Shown in pieces: positions 9,823 to 18,866 of a stretch of 64,000 nt of DNA. Where the stretch lies: the IMG/VR virus record IMGVR_UViG_3300028043_000001, positions 1 through 64,000 of that record. The stretch is one strand, 5' to 3'. The stretch comes from a virus. The notes beneath the pieces were generated by a model. It ran no database searches. It worked only from the letters and a program-made list of their open reading frames with translations, and was not told the DNA's origin. Each line of letters begins with the position of its first letter. Within the stretch, counting starts at the first letter, position 1. The position numbers and the translations under genes are program-made.

Positions 9823-9890
9823 GTCTTGAAACTCTCTTAAGACTTTTCTTTTTAAGTAATAGGTTTAAGTCTTAAGAGTTTTTACAAGAC
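9823..9890. repeat. intergenic inverted repeat
   Basis: ctcttaagactt (9834-9845) / aagtcttaagag (9867-9878), outer gtcttg/caagac. Confidence 0.7.
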
Positions 9891-10065
9891 TAATTGACAG
9901 CAAAACAGCGGAAAAAAACTGACCACCCCATAAACTGGGAGTTGATGAAAAAATGTTGCCGTTAAAATTTTTGGTGACCACGCTTTGCCTATTTCTTTCA
10001 GCAGCATTTTTAACCGCGGCCCCCGTCTTTCTAGACTTATTTGGGGATGAGGTTGCTTATATGCA

Positions 10066-10314
10066 ATGTCTAGGTTTAAGTTTACTCCTTGCAGTAGTAG
10101 GTATATACGTTTGGGGGGTACTCTAATGGGCGATTTACCCGACGATGTTTTAGCGGCGTTGTTGCGCTTAGAGGCCAAACAAGTTCTCCGGGGATTTAAG
10201 TCAGGACTCTTCCCCGATATGACCCTCAAAGAGGCTCAAGCAATTCGACAATTACCCTTAGAGGTGTTAACGGAAGAATTAAAGAGGACAAAACGCAATG
10301 AAGTCCCTCAATGA
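10066..10314 (+). CDS. hypothetical protein
   Basis: 82 aa ORF after gaggt. Confidence 0.55.
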   Translation: MSRFKFTPCSSRYIRLGGTLMGDLPDDVLAALLRLEAKQVLRGFKSGLFPDMTLKEAQAIRQLPLEVLTEELKRTKRNEVPQ

Positions 10315-10633
10315 GTGGAAAGAGCACCTTCAGGCCGAGGGGCTAATGCAACCCGGACAAGAGGGTTTTTTAGAGGTTTATGATTGCCCCTTTTGTGGTC
10401 AGGAGAACGGTTTTTGGTATGATGGCCCTCTCTTTGTTTGTGGGGCACAATGCGAACATTGCGACAAGGGGTTTTCTGGAATTATTAGTATTGAGGAAAC
10501 CTGCTCAAAATGCAATGACCGAATCGACTGCTTAACGCGGCAGCTAACTAGACCTCTAGTAGTTGCAAAAATTTTTGAGGTTCCTGATAAATATGACGTG
10601 ATACCCGGGGGGTTTTACGTTGAAGGACCGTAA
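10298..10633 (+). CDS. small Cys-rich zinc-finger protein (CxxCxxRxDC family)
   Basis: CPFC..CEHC..CSKCNDRIDC. Confidence 0.7.
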   Translation: MKSLNEWKEHLQAEGLMQPGQEGFLEVYDCPFCGQENGFWYDGPLFVCGAQCEHCDKGFSGIISIEETCSKCNDRIDCLTRQLTRPLVVAKIFEVPDKYDVIPGGFYVEGP

Positions 10634-10859
10634 AGTAAAATGTCCTTTTTGTGGGCAGCAGCTGCGTCTCACTGAGGAGTGGCGGCGGTCGTTTGGCTTG
10701 GATAAGCCTTGTTACTTTATGTCATGTCCTTGTCAATTAAATGCCTCACTCGAAGAGAAGTCATCTAAGGTTTTTATTGCGGTTTTTGATCGCGTTGAGT
10801 GTCTTATCTGCCAGCGTTCGCAACGATGTGAAGGAGTGCCGCGAAGACATGTGGATTGA
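10620..10859 (+). CDS. small Cys-rich protein (degenerate family member)
   Basis: CPFC..CPC..CLICQRSQRC. Confidence 0.55.
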   Translation: MKDRKVKCPFCGQQLRLTEEWRRSFGLDKPCYFMSCPCQLNASLEEKSSKVFIAVFDRVECLICQRSQRCEGVPRRHVD

Positions 10860-10936
10860 CTGTCAGCGAAAAGTTTTTATTCTTCTCTTTGCCCCCGCTG
10901 CAAACGCCCCCTTTCCTCTCCCTGTAGTGGTGGCGA

Positions 10937-11182
10937 ATGGCTCATCTGATCACAAAATTCATTACATATATGGGGAACTTAGAACATCAACCAGTGCATG
11001 AGAAATGCTCTTCCTGTAAAAGAATCGCTGATGGCGTTTGTTCGGTTTACAGCAATCCTTCTTTATGGTGGGAAAAACGCAAACAGTGCCCTTTGGCCTC
11101 ACACCTACGTAAAGTTGTAGTTGACTACGAAGGTAAGCAACGAGCTGGCCAACAAAAACAAAAACGTAAAAAGAAAAAGTAG
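10937..11182 (+). CDS. PxxKW-like cysteine-rich protein with basic tail
   Basis: PVHEKCSSCKRI..CSVYSNPSLWW..CPLASH resembles the PxxKW family recalled from deltaproteobacteria. Confidence 0.5.
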   Translation: MAHLITKFITYMGNLEHQPVHEKCSSCKRIADGVCSVYSNPSLWWEKRKQCPLASHLRKVVVDYEGKQRAGQQKQKRKKKK

Positions 11183-11314
11183 ATGCCCTCTAAGACTGGA
11201 CTTAAGGCTTATGGTAGGGGCCGCCGCAAGAAAGGCAGCAAAAGGCGGCGAGCCCAACGACGCCGCCGCTTGAAGAAGAAAGGACGTTAGATTTTTAGAG
11301 CCATGAAAAATTCG

Positions 11315-11344
11315 TTGGCAGGCCAAATTTTTAGCCATTATAAT
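11315..11344 (+). promoter_or_regulatory. sigma70-like promoter
   Basis: TTGGCA-N18-TATAAT upstream of 11379. Confidence 0.55.
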
Positions 11345-11378
11345 TAAATAAAAAGATGAGTGAAAAAAGGAGTGCCCC

Positions 11379-11741
11379 ATGAAGAAAAGCAACGCAGCAC
11401 CTAATTGGTTCGAGGAGGTTCTCAAGGCCGGTGAAAGGCGGCGGGACTCCAAAGCCGAGAAGTTTCGTGGTGTCGTTCTCAACGTCCTGGCTCAAGCAGC
11501 TGATCCTGCTAATGCCACCAAAGTGGTTCGTATCAACGGCAACCCTGCCCTCAAAGTAGGGAAAATTGCTAATGCCCTTAAGAGCCTTTTCGGCGACGCT
11601 GGCAAAGAGCAAACCATGTATAATCGTTCTTACCAATGTCTCAAGAGCATGGCACCTCTTTTAAAGTCCAAAGGCTGGGAGTTCGTTGAGTATAGCGGCT
11701 GCCGCCATTTGGTGCTAGTTGAGCCCGAGAAGTTTTCATAA
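11379..11741 (+). CDS. putative DNA-binding protein, paralog of 13080-13481
   Basis: shares WFEEV, AADP, PALxVG..ANxLKxLF, YNRSY, GW..HLVL..P.KF with 13080 gene. Confidence 0.7.
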   Translation: MKKSNAAPNWFEEVLKAGERRRDSKAEKFRGVVLNVLAQAADPANATKVVRINGNPALKVGKIANALKSLFGDAGKEQTMYNRSYQCLKSMAPLLKSKGWEFVEYSGCRHLVLVEPEKFS

Positions 11742-11753
11742 AAACCTTTTACA

Positions 11754-11795
11754 TTAAACAAATTTAGGGTGCCTAGGCACCCTAAATTTGTTTAA
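11754..11795. repeat. perfect 42-bp palindrome
   Basis: ttaaacaaatttagggtgcct|aggcaccctaaatttgtttaa, no spacer, no mismatch. Confidence 0.95.
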
Positions 11796-11811
11796 GTGAG
11801 GTAAATCGAAT

Positions 11812-12393
11812 ATGAGCAGATGCAAACCCACCGATTTTCCCAACCACGTGCAAGATTTAGCGTTATCTCTTCTTAGGGGACTGCCTCTCAACCCGATGCA
11901 GAAAGAAGCTATAGAAGACAGCTTAGGCTTTTCGTGGTTTAAACAGGTGCAAGAAGGTGAAATCGTACTCGTCGACATTTGTGATGAGATGCCCCTCTTA
12001 GGCGCTCTCCTCCTTTTTCGAGACTCCTTTACTAGGGGGTTGGAACGCCTCTACCGTTTGAGCGATGCAGATGTCGACGCAGATCTACCTCTGGAAGTTC
12101 TCTCCATGGTACCCCTTTTGGTGAACATGAAGAATTTTCTGTTCGCCCTCTCGAAGGTGGTGTGTGCCAGATTTCCCGGCGTTCTCCCCGATGCGTTCAG
12201 GGTGAATGATCACGGCAGACTCGTACTTACCGGCACTGCAGTTGGGGTGGAAAACATTAGGATGCAAGTGAAAGCTGAACTCGCTCTTAATGAAGTCCTC
12301 GACTCTCCTCACACTGCCATCAAAGTTAAAGCTATCACTACTGATGATGCCCCCAAACCTTCAGACTCCCTTTACAGGAAGAGCCTGCACTAA
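11812..12393 (+). CDS. hypothetical protein
   Basis: 193 aa ORF after gaggt. Confidence 0.65.
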   Translation: MSRCKPTDFPNHVQDLALSLLRGLPLNPMQKEAIEDSLGFSWFKQVQEGEIVLVDICDEMPLLGALLLFRDSFTRGLERLYRLSDADVDADLPLEVLSMVPLLVNMKNFLFALSKVVCARFPGVLPDAFRVNDHGRLVLTGTAVGVENIRMQVKAELALNEVLDSPHTAIKVKAITTDDAPKPSDSLYRKSLH

Positions 12394-12409
12394 AAAAAGG
12401 AGAGAGCAA

Positions 12410-12889
12410 TTGGGAGCTGACCTGTATATCGAGAGCGTATTCAAGCCATCGTTTGATACGTGGAGCCCAAAATTTGAAGAAGCCGTAGTCAACCGAGACC
12501 GAGCCACCACCACAGAGGAAAAAGGGAAGTGGCAGAAGAAAGTTACTCAGTACTATGAAAAAGCGTATAGCAAGGGCTACTTTCGGGACAGCTATAATAT
12601 TACCAACGTCTTGAATACCTTTGGCTTAAGTTGGTGGCAAGATGTGATTCCTCTCACCGACGACGAAGGTTACTTGCAGCCCCAGGAAGTTAATACCTTG
12701 CTAGACATGATACTCTCTCGGAACCAAAAATTGCCAACCATGGAGGAACTAAGAGAGGGCCGAGCTAAAATGGCCACCAAGAACGCTTTAGTGGGGTGGC
12801 ATGGGTATTACAGGGAAAAAGGTAAGAAGCTCATTGCTTTCCTTAAACTTGCCAAAAAACTAAATTCTCCCATAAAGGCCAGCTTATGA
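12410..12889 (+). CDS. conserved hypothetical phage protein (MGADLY...YFRDSYN type)
   Basis: TTG start at 12410 after aggag; GADLYI, YFRDSYN, GLSWW. Confidence 0.65.
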   Translation: MGADLYIESVFKPSFDTWSPKFEEAVVNRDRATTTEEKGKWQKKVTQYYEKAYSKGYFRDSYNITNVLNTFGLSWWQDVIPLTDDEGYLQPQEVNTLLDMILSRNQKLPTMEELREGRAKMATKNALVGWHGYYREKGKKLIAFLKLAKKLNSPIKASL

Positions 12890-12931
12890 AATACGCGAAC
12901 TAAATCTTTTGCACCTTTTAACACTAACCCC

Positions 12932-12960
12932 TTGAGATTCATTTAGAAATTGATTACAAT
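12932..12960 (+). promoter_or_regulatory. sigma70-like promoter
   Basis: TTGAGA-N17-TACAAT upstream of 13080. Confidence 0.55.
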
Positions 12961-13079
12961 TAAGGAAAAGTTCAAATTTGTTTTACTTGAGCTTGGTGGT
13001 CAATCTGGGAAAACCGCAAGGAGGTGATAGGCTTTACTTACAACCCACAAACCCTAGGAATAAAGGAATACTTTTATCC

Positions 13080-13481
13080 ATGGAACCCAAAAATGGTGGT
13101 AATGCTCTTGACTGGTTTGAGGAAGTTTGTGCTGCTCAGGAGCGTAGTCGTGGAGGCAAGCACTCCGTCATGACAGAGTTTCGCGCTGCTCTTAAAATGA
13201 TTTTAACGAAAGCAGCCGATCCTGTCAATCGCGAGCGCATCACGTTAATTGGCAACCAACCAGCTCTACGTGTAGGTAGCGTAGCAAACAGCCTGAAACA
13301 ACTTTTTCCCTTCGCAGGCGAGGAGGCTTATAATCGTAGCTATCGGTATCTAAGGGGAATGCAAAAAACCCTGGAAGACTGGGGGTGGGTGATTGATTCC
13401 TTTGAGGATAAGAAGCATTTAGTCCTCACAGACCCCAAGAAGTTTCAGGACTCTATAAGCCCTTCACCCCCCTCTCCATAA
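13080..13481 (+). CDS. putative DNA-binding protein, paralog of 11379-11741
   Basis: see paralog motifs; ATG 13080 chosen by alignment to paralog. Confidence 0.7.
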   Translation: MEPKNGGNALDWFEEVCAAQERSRGGKHSVMTEFRAALKMILTKAADPVNRERITLIGNQPALRVGSVANSLKQLFPFAGEEAYNRSYRYLRGMQKTLEDWGWVIDSFEDKKHLVLTDPKKFQDSISPSPPSP

Positions 13482-13493
13482 CAAATTTTTGGG

Positions 13494-13599
13494 AGCCCAC
13501 TAAAAATTTTCGACGGGAGAAGTTCAAGGCGTTGGGTGGTTAGAGTGGCTCCTCCACCACCCTATAATGCGCCGCTTCTCCCGTCGTCCAGTTGGGGCT
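13494..13599. ncRNA. candidate structured RNA (long interrupted hairpin)
   Basis: cgacgggagaag (13511-13522) / cttctcccgtcg (13575-13586), inner gggtggt/accaccc and ggcg/cgcc, outer agccc/gggct. Confidence 0.35.
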
Positions 13600-13994
13600 T
13601 TTTGATGAAGGTTTGTGAAACCTGTATTTATTGGACTCCAGAATTTACGGGGCGCTGTTCTAAATTAGAACTTGGTGTGGGTAAGTTCTTCTTTTGTGAA
13701 CTGTATACCGCCACAAACAGTATAAACCAGGTTGAAAACCTGGGGGGTCTTGAAGGTAAGGAGGAGCCTGAGGAGGAAGGTAGGTGACTTATGTCTCCCC
13801 AAACGCAGCTAAATCAGTTGGGCAAAAAGCACCCTCCCTCCTTGTATATCAAGCACGTTTCTCTGCCGCTGGTATCAAGGAAGAGAGCCGGAAAAGCCGT
13901 TAACTGTTTGCGGTGTCTTTTTAGTGGGGTGGAGAAGTCGACTCCACTAAAAAACTTTTGCGCCTTTTTGGAAAGCTGGCGTTGGAGGTGAGTC

Positions 13995-14231
13995 TTGTCT
14001 TTGAATCCTCGTATTGACTGGGAATCCCTTTTACACGGGAAATACGCCGGTCATACGGTGGAGTTTATGCTAAGAGATATGTATGGTGAGTTTGGTGGTG
14101 TGACAAAAATCGCAACCATCTTAGGAGTCTCTCGGGGCTCGGTTTTGAGGAAACTCAGGTCACTTAGCATTTCGGTTAATAGGAGAGGGGGCGATAACAG
14201 GAGGCAAAAAGTCTTAGCCCCTAAAAATTAG
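13995..14231 (+). CDS. HTH DNA-binding protein
   Basis: GVTKIATILGVSRGSVLRKLR helix-turn-helix pattern. Confidence 0.6.
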   Translation: MSLNPRIDWESLLHGKYAGHTVEFMLRDMYGEFGGVTKIATILGVSRGSVLRKLRSLSISVNRRGGDNRRQKVLAPKN

Positions 14232-14680
14232 TGGCACGAGATAGGCGCTTTATCAATACCTCCAAAAATTGGGAGCAGTTAAGGTCTACCAAGCGAGGGA
14301 CTGTTCTCTATGAGCAGTGGCTTGATGAGGAGACCGTTTTTTTGGTTGTAAGGGGTACTATATGTCTTTGTGCTTACTTGGGCATCCCTCAAAAGCATCC
14401 TCTGGGGGGGCTTGATGAGGACGTAATCAGTGAGATTTTAGATGTGCGCGGAGGGATTACTTTCCAAGGTGAGGGATCTAAAATTGTCGAGCACTTCGAG
14501 GATTTTTTCTTTTATGGTTGGGGTTATGCCGAGTCTTTATTTGATCCCCACATCTTCTCGTCACTGAAAAAATATCGTGAAAAACAATGGCTCACACATA
14601 ACGTTATCCAGGATTGCCAAGAGGCAATACGAAGCTTCATGCAACACAAAAAGGAGGTTGAAAATTCATGGAACCCCTAA
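14231..14680 (+). CDS. conserved hypothetical phage protein
   Basis: CAYLGIPQKHPL..DVRGGITF..FYGWGYA resembles the CGYV..VHGGLT..GFDCAH phage family. Confidence 0.6.
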   Translation: MARDRRFINTSKNWEQLRSTKRGTVLYEQWLDEETVFLVVRGTICLCAYLGIPQKHPLGGLDEDVISEILDVRGGITFQGEGSKIVEHFEDFFFYGWGYAESLFDPHIFSSLKKYREKQWLTHNVIQDCQEAIRSFMQHKKEVENSWNP

Positions 14681-14979
14681 GACTCTCTATCCCAGGCCCC
14701 GCCTATATTGTCGTGCCTCTATCTGAGGATCCCGCACTGCGGCTTCTTTTCAATGATGTAGTGGACTTCACAAGGAGAGGCAAGCCAATTGACAGCATTG
14801 AGGACTTGGAGAGGACTTACGAGCTGGTAAATTCTTTGATTGATTTTTTAGTGGAAGACGATCTTCTCTCTCAAACCATGCTTCCCGACCCTGAAGATCC
14901 AGCGAGCCGAGAAGTTTATCATCAATTCCACACAAAACTGTTCAACGCCTTTACTGCCAATGCAACGAATTGGAATTAG
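14668..14979 (+). CDS. hypothetical protein
   Basis: ORF after aggagg. Confidence 0.6.
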   Translation: MEPLRLSIPGPAYIVVPLSEDPALRLLFNDVVDFTRRGKPIDSIEDLERTYELVNSLIDFLVEDDLLSQTMLPDPEDPASREVYHQFHTKLFNAFTANATNWN

Positions 14980-14981
14980 AT

Positions 14982-15227
14982 ATGGCCTCCTATGCGTGGC
15001 GATGTCCCCACTGTGATAACCTATTTGAAATTAAACAGAGAACTAACACCGAGTTATGCAGGATAATCAAGTGCAGCCACTCGGTTGAGCAGAAAATGTA
15101 TATCGTTCGGTGGACTGAAGACAGTTGTGAGCTTTGCGAGAGGCGCGTTGACTGTCTTATTGATTTATATCCCCGGGTTACCTGTGAGGTAAAGACGAAT
15201 GAAAACCCTAGTCACTCTTTTGGATGA
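14982..15227 (+). CDS. small Cys-rich zinc-finger protein (CxxCxxRxDC family)
   Basis: CPHC..CSH..CELCERRVDC. Confidence 0.7.
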   Translation: MASYAWRCPHCDNLFEIKQRTNTELCRIIKCSHSVEQKMYIVRWTEDSCELCERRVDCLIDLYPRVTCEVKTNENPSHSFG

Positions 15228-15471
15228 TGAGGGCAAGCTTGTTGCACAGCAACTCACTGAAGCTTCACCTCATTCCATCGAGGTGTCTCGCACGACGCGA
15301 GGTTACACATGGACCATAAAGAAGTATTTTGGAGAGCAGCCCCCTGAAGTCACAGTGAATGAGATTTTGGCCCTTGATAAGATTTTAAAAGAGAGGTTCT
15401 TAACTAACGACCCCTCCACCGCAATGGAGGAGTTCTTGGATGAAGCTGTTAGTGGCAAGAAGAAAAAATAA
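15199..15471 (+). CDS. hypothetical protein
   Basis: 90 aa ORF after gaggt. Confidence 0.6.
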   Translation: MKTLVTLLDDEGKLVAQQLTEASPHSIEVSRTTRGYTWTIKKYFGEQPPEVTVNEILALDKILKERFLTNDPSTAMEEFLDEAVSGKKKK

Positions 15472-15487
15472 AGTCCAGGAGGCAGTT

Positions 15488-16024
15488 ATGAGAAGACGCC
15501 CTTCAAGAAAGCTCCCCGCAGTGAGAGTAAGCCCTGGAGTTCGGCTTTGGCATGTTAAGAATCTCGATCCTGGCATCCATTCAGGAGGCCATATCACTGT
15601 TGCTGCACGCATTGATCCCCTCTTCAAAACCGTTGCTCTCGGTTTTTCTTTTTGCAGTCCCACAGATGAGTTCGAAAAGCGTCAAGGAGCCCTGCGCGCT
15701 CTAGGCAGATTGTGGAAGTTTCCTATAGTAATCCGTTTTTATGACGAAAACCCCATCGTAGCGATTAAAACGTTTGTTGTCCACGTCTTCACTCAGGGCG
15801 TCAAGTTTGCTCGAGATGTATTTGCCCACCCCATTTCACGTAAGAAAGATCAACAAAGGATTGAATGGTTCCTCAAGAATGATCTCCCCAAACACCCAAC
15901 TATCGTCTCCGCCCCATATCAAGCTACAAAGAAGTTTCCAATACGCTACCCTTGGTGGTGGACCTTTTCTTTCCCCCTCCAATGGCAGCCGAAGGAGAGG
16001 GAAAAGACTGGAACTGGAGGATGA
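15488..16024 (+). CDS. hypothetical phage protein
   Basis: ATG 15488 after aggagg; GFSFCSPTDEFEKRQGALRALGR motif. Confidence 0.6.
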   Translation: MRRRPSRKLPAVRVSPGVRLWHVKNLDPGIHSGGHITVAARIDPLFKTVALGFSFCSPTDEFEKRQGALRALGRLWKFPIVIRFYDENPIVAIKTFVVHVFTQGVKFARDVFAHPISRKKDQQRIEWFLKNDLPKHPTIVSAPYQATKKFPIRYPWWWTFSFPLQWQPKEREKTGTGG

Positions 16025-16227
16025 CGCTCATGGCTGAGTGGTTTTTTCATAGCAAGTGTTGTAACGCGCACTGGGATTTACATTATGTCGATGGCTATTA
16101 CTCACTCGAATGCGCGAGCTGCGGAAAAGGGATAGGAGAGGCCATCAAGATTGATGGCCCACTTTTGAGGGACGTGTCATGCGAAGAATGCGGAACCAAT
16201 AAATCAGAGGAGGACAAAGAATCATGA
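16021..16227 (+). CDS. small Cys-rich protein
   Basis: CC..CASC..CEEC; start uncertain (16021 or 16030). Confidence 0.5.
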   Translation: MTLMAEWFFHSKCCNAHWDLHYVDGYYSLECASCGKGIGEAIKIDGPLLRDVSCEECGTNKSEEDKES

Positions 16228-16406
16228 AGTTTGCTGTTGGTGATCGCGTTCAAATTGTTGACAAAACCTCACAGCACAACAAGGTTGGAACCGTTGTGAG
16301 GGTTGGTATCGGCAAAATCATTATCGTCGAACTCGAGGAAGGTCAAAGTTGGCCAGTCTTTGAAAACGAAATCCAAAAAGTTCCCGAAAAGATCGAGGCT
16401 TCCTAG
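16224..16406 (+). CDS. small KOW/SH3-like protein
   Basis: KFAVGDRVQIV..GTVVRV pattern. Confidence 0.55.
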   Translation: MKFAVGDRVQIVDKTSQHNKVGTVVRVGIGKIIIVELEEGQSWPVFENEIQKVPEKIEAS

Positions 16407-16560
16407 AAGTGGGTATCTTCGTCTACGCCGCGGTGGTGCCCACAATCTTAGGCGTAAGGGGATTAAGGGATATTCAAGGAGGCTTAACTACGCCTTTTTA
16501 GAGGAGGCTTTTGAGGACTATGCCCAGCCTCAGAACGACGTTGAATAAGAAAGGAGTTCA

Positions 16561-16992
16561 ATGCAACCGGTTTTGAGTAAGGAGTTACTTTCCTTGCGAC
16601 GAGAGACCTTGAAAGCCCTCAAAGAGCTGCGTAGTGAAGGGTACATCGCGCGAGCCAACTTCGCTTGTTGTCAAGATTGTGCTGAGGCATCATTGCGTGC
16701 AATGGTGTCCACCTTCACTTCGTCGAAAGCCAAAAAAGTGAAAGGCTGTGTGTTTTGGCATCGCGGTGATGAAAGAGTATTATACGAAAAGGGTTTCCTT
16801 AGCCTTTCATACGGACCTCTATTTACAAGGGCTCATGGGTTAGTTGGCGCACCACCTTTGGAGGTTGGGCAAGTAATAATGGAGAAATTATCTAACCGAG
16901 GCCTCACAGTAGAGTGGCCCCTCAAGAACTGCAGATTTCGAATCAAGGTCTTCCCCCCTCTTTTAGAGGGGGGAAGACAGAAAGAGGAATGA
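16561..16992 (+). CDS. DUF6891-like protein
   Basis: GYIARANFACCQDCA..GCVFWH..D..GLTVEW. Confidence 0.55.
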   Translation: MQPVLSKELLSLRRETLKALKELRSEGYIARANFACCQDCAEASLRAMVSTFTSSKAKKVKGCVFWHRGDERVLYEKGFLSLSYGPLFTRAHGLVGAPPLEVGQVIMEKLSNRGLTVEWPLKNCRFRIKVFPPLLEGGRQKEE

Positions 16993-17459
16993 GCGAACCC
17001 TACAACACGCTAAAGGGGAAAATAACTGTGACAGACTTCATCAAACGGCTGCAGACAGTGGTCAGCGAAATGCGGGAGGAAAGGGGAATCCACGTTCATG
17101 AAGAGGGAGTTGATGATGATGGTGACTACTTCTACGACTTCTTTTTCGCTGGAACGAGAGGAAACCAGTTCCACACAAGACTAATCCTTCGAAACGAGCA
17201 AGTGATCGTAGTAACTCAACTTCCCCTACGAATACCAGACACACGATTGCAGCGAGTACTTAACGCTATTCATGAGGTTAATAGCACCTTAGCGGTTGGT
17301 GCATTTACTACTGAGGAGGGTTACCTATCTCACAGATCAGGATTCAATCTCTCTCGTAAAGCGGAGGTGACGAAAGACTGTATTTACATGACATTACTTT
17401 CAAATGTAGAGCAGGCCGACCAATTCTTGCCAACCTTTTTAAGGTTGCTCAAAAAATGA
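16989..17459 (+). CDS. YbjN/T3SS-chaperone-like domain protein
   Basis: LPLRIPDTRLQRVLNAIHEVNSTLAVGAF pattern; ATGA overlap. Confidence 0.55.
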   Translation: MSEPYNTLKGKITVTDFIKRLQTVVSEMREERGIHVHEEGVDDDGDYFYDFFFAGTRGNQFHTRLILRNEQVIVVTQLPLRIPDTRLQRVLNAIHEVNSTLAVGAFTTEEGYLSHRSGFNLSRKAEVTKDCIYMTLLSNVEQADQFLPTFLRLLKK

Positions 17460-17531
17460 TAATTATCTTAAAAAAAGAAAGTGCGGGGTGTTTAGTATGA
17501 TACAAATTAAATCTTAGAAAGAGGCGGGGGG

Positions 17532-18026
17532 GTGTTTTTAATCATGAGTTTAAAGTTTGTCGAGTCAAGAGGGCTACGCAACACTGGCTCTGGTTTTAAA
17601 GTCGTAAGGCAAATTGATGAGGGGGTTTTTATTCCCTACTTTTACTACTTTTTGCGCAGCGGCTACGGAGGCCTACCACCAAGCGTTGAGGTTTCTCCTG
17701 CCCTGCGTCCCTTTGTGGTTAAAACTAGGACGGTTTATCGGTTCTTTGAAACTACAAAGGTTAAAGCGGATTGCTTTGCTCGCGCCCTTAACGGCGTTAT
17801 TTACCCAGCTGGTATTCATGCGTGGTTTGATTTAGATCACGCAGAGGAACAGTTCAAGACTTTATCGGTTTTGGACAATTACACCGGACCTCCGGATGCC
17901 CGCTTAGTGTTAGTAAAGTTTAGGTGGCAAAAACCTGTTGCCTTCGATAATACAACCCTAGTTTCAATGGCAGGTTCCCCGATTGAGGTGATTGAAACTG
18001 CTCACCTAAAAGAGGAGCTTAAATAA
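17532..18026 (+). CDS. hypothetical phage protein
   Basis: GFKVVR..YPAGIHAW motif; start uncertain. Confidence 0.55.
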   Translation: MFLIMSLKFVESRGLRNTGSGFKVVRQIDEGVFIPYFYYFLRSGYGGLPPSVEVSPALRPFVVKTRTVYRFFETTKVKADCFARALNGVIYPAGIHAWFDLDHAEEQFKTLSVLDNYTGPPDARLVLVKFRWQKPVAFDNTTLVSMAGSPIEVIETAHLKEELK

Positions 18027-18027
18027 A

Positions 18028-18444
18028 ATGGCAAGAGAAAATTCTGGTTTGTACGCGAAAATAAGACCCATTGCGTTCGCTTTGAAACCTTACTTCACTG
18101 CCAGGCAATTAATGGAAGCCTGCACAAAGGCGGGTCTACCAATCACAGAAGAGCAAGCTTCTAAGGCGTGCGTTTATTGGGTCTCAAGGGGAGATCTCAA
18201 AACAATGGGGCGCCTCAAGGTTTCTAGCAAACAACAGAGAGAGTTAACCGTTTATACCAGCGTGTCGAAACAGGGAAAACTTTTTGGTGCTCCCTCTCCC
18301 AAGCTGGTTTCTACAGAGGTACAACCCGAAAAAGTCGTCCCATTTAGGCAACGAGGAGACTTGGATTCTGCCATCAGTGAGTTTATCGCTGCTCTCGAGC
18401 GCCTCCTACGCAAGGCTCTCATCGACCCAAAAGAGGGGGCATGA
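18028..18444 (+). CDS. putative winged-helix protein
   Basis: FTARQLMEAC..EEQASKACVYWVSRGDL. Confidence 0.45.
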   Translation: MARENSGLYAKIRPIAFALKPYFTARQLMEACTKAGLPITEEQASKACVYWVSRGDLKTMGRLKVSSKQQRELTVYTSVSKQGKLFGAPSPKLVSTEVQPEKVVPFRQRGDLDSAISEFIAALERLLRKALIDPKEGA

Positions 18445-18866
18445 GCCACGTTTATCTTGTTCCTAGCTGCGTAGAAGTCGTTGGAGGCAAAATTAAAGCA
18501 GTTTGTGGGGGATTGTGTTGTGGTGCCTTAGACTTCTCACAATTCCCTCACAAACAATGGATCGAGGGTCTTTGTCCTTACCTTGACATGGGCGTTTGCT
18601 CATGTTATAGTGAAAGGCCTTTAGCGTGCCAAGGGGCCCCTTTCTTTGATTATTCTTTTGAGGAAGTGGTGCCAATTTTTGGTCCCAACAAGTTCGGCAT
18701 TCCTTGGTGCAGCTTTAGGTTACCAATTGTTGAACATTTTGGGCTTCCATATGAAATTCTTGACAGCGGCCAAGAGTGTATCGAAAGATACGCAAAAGAG
18801 GGTCTCGGGAGATTTGAGAGATGGACCTTAAAGTGGTTCCACAAAAGAACTATTTTTTGGGAATGA
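18441..18866 (+). CDS. YkgJ-family (CxxCxxCC) Cys-cluster protein
   Basis: CGGLCC..CPYL..CSCYSERPLAC..PF. Confidence 0.7.
   Translation: MSHVYLVPSCVEVVGGKIKAVCGGLCCGALDFSQFPHKQWIEGLCPYLDMGVCSCYSERPLACQGAPFFDYSFEEVVPIFGPNKFGIPWCSFRLPIVEHFGLPYEILDSGQECIERYAKEGLGRFERWTLKWFHKRTIFWE

Noticed and set aside
15488-16024. Motif CSPTDEFEKRQG..A reminiscent of phage nucleotide-sponge proteins
   Set aside because: Resemblance is too short to support by eye; needs HHpred/Foldseek
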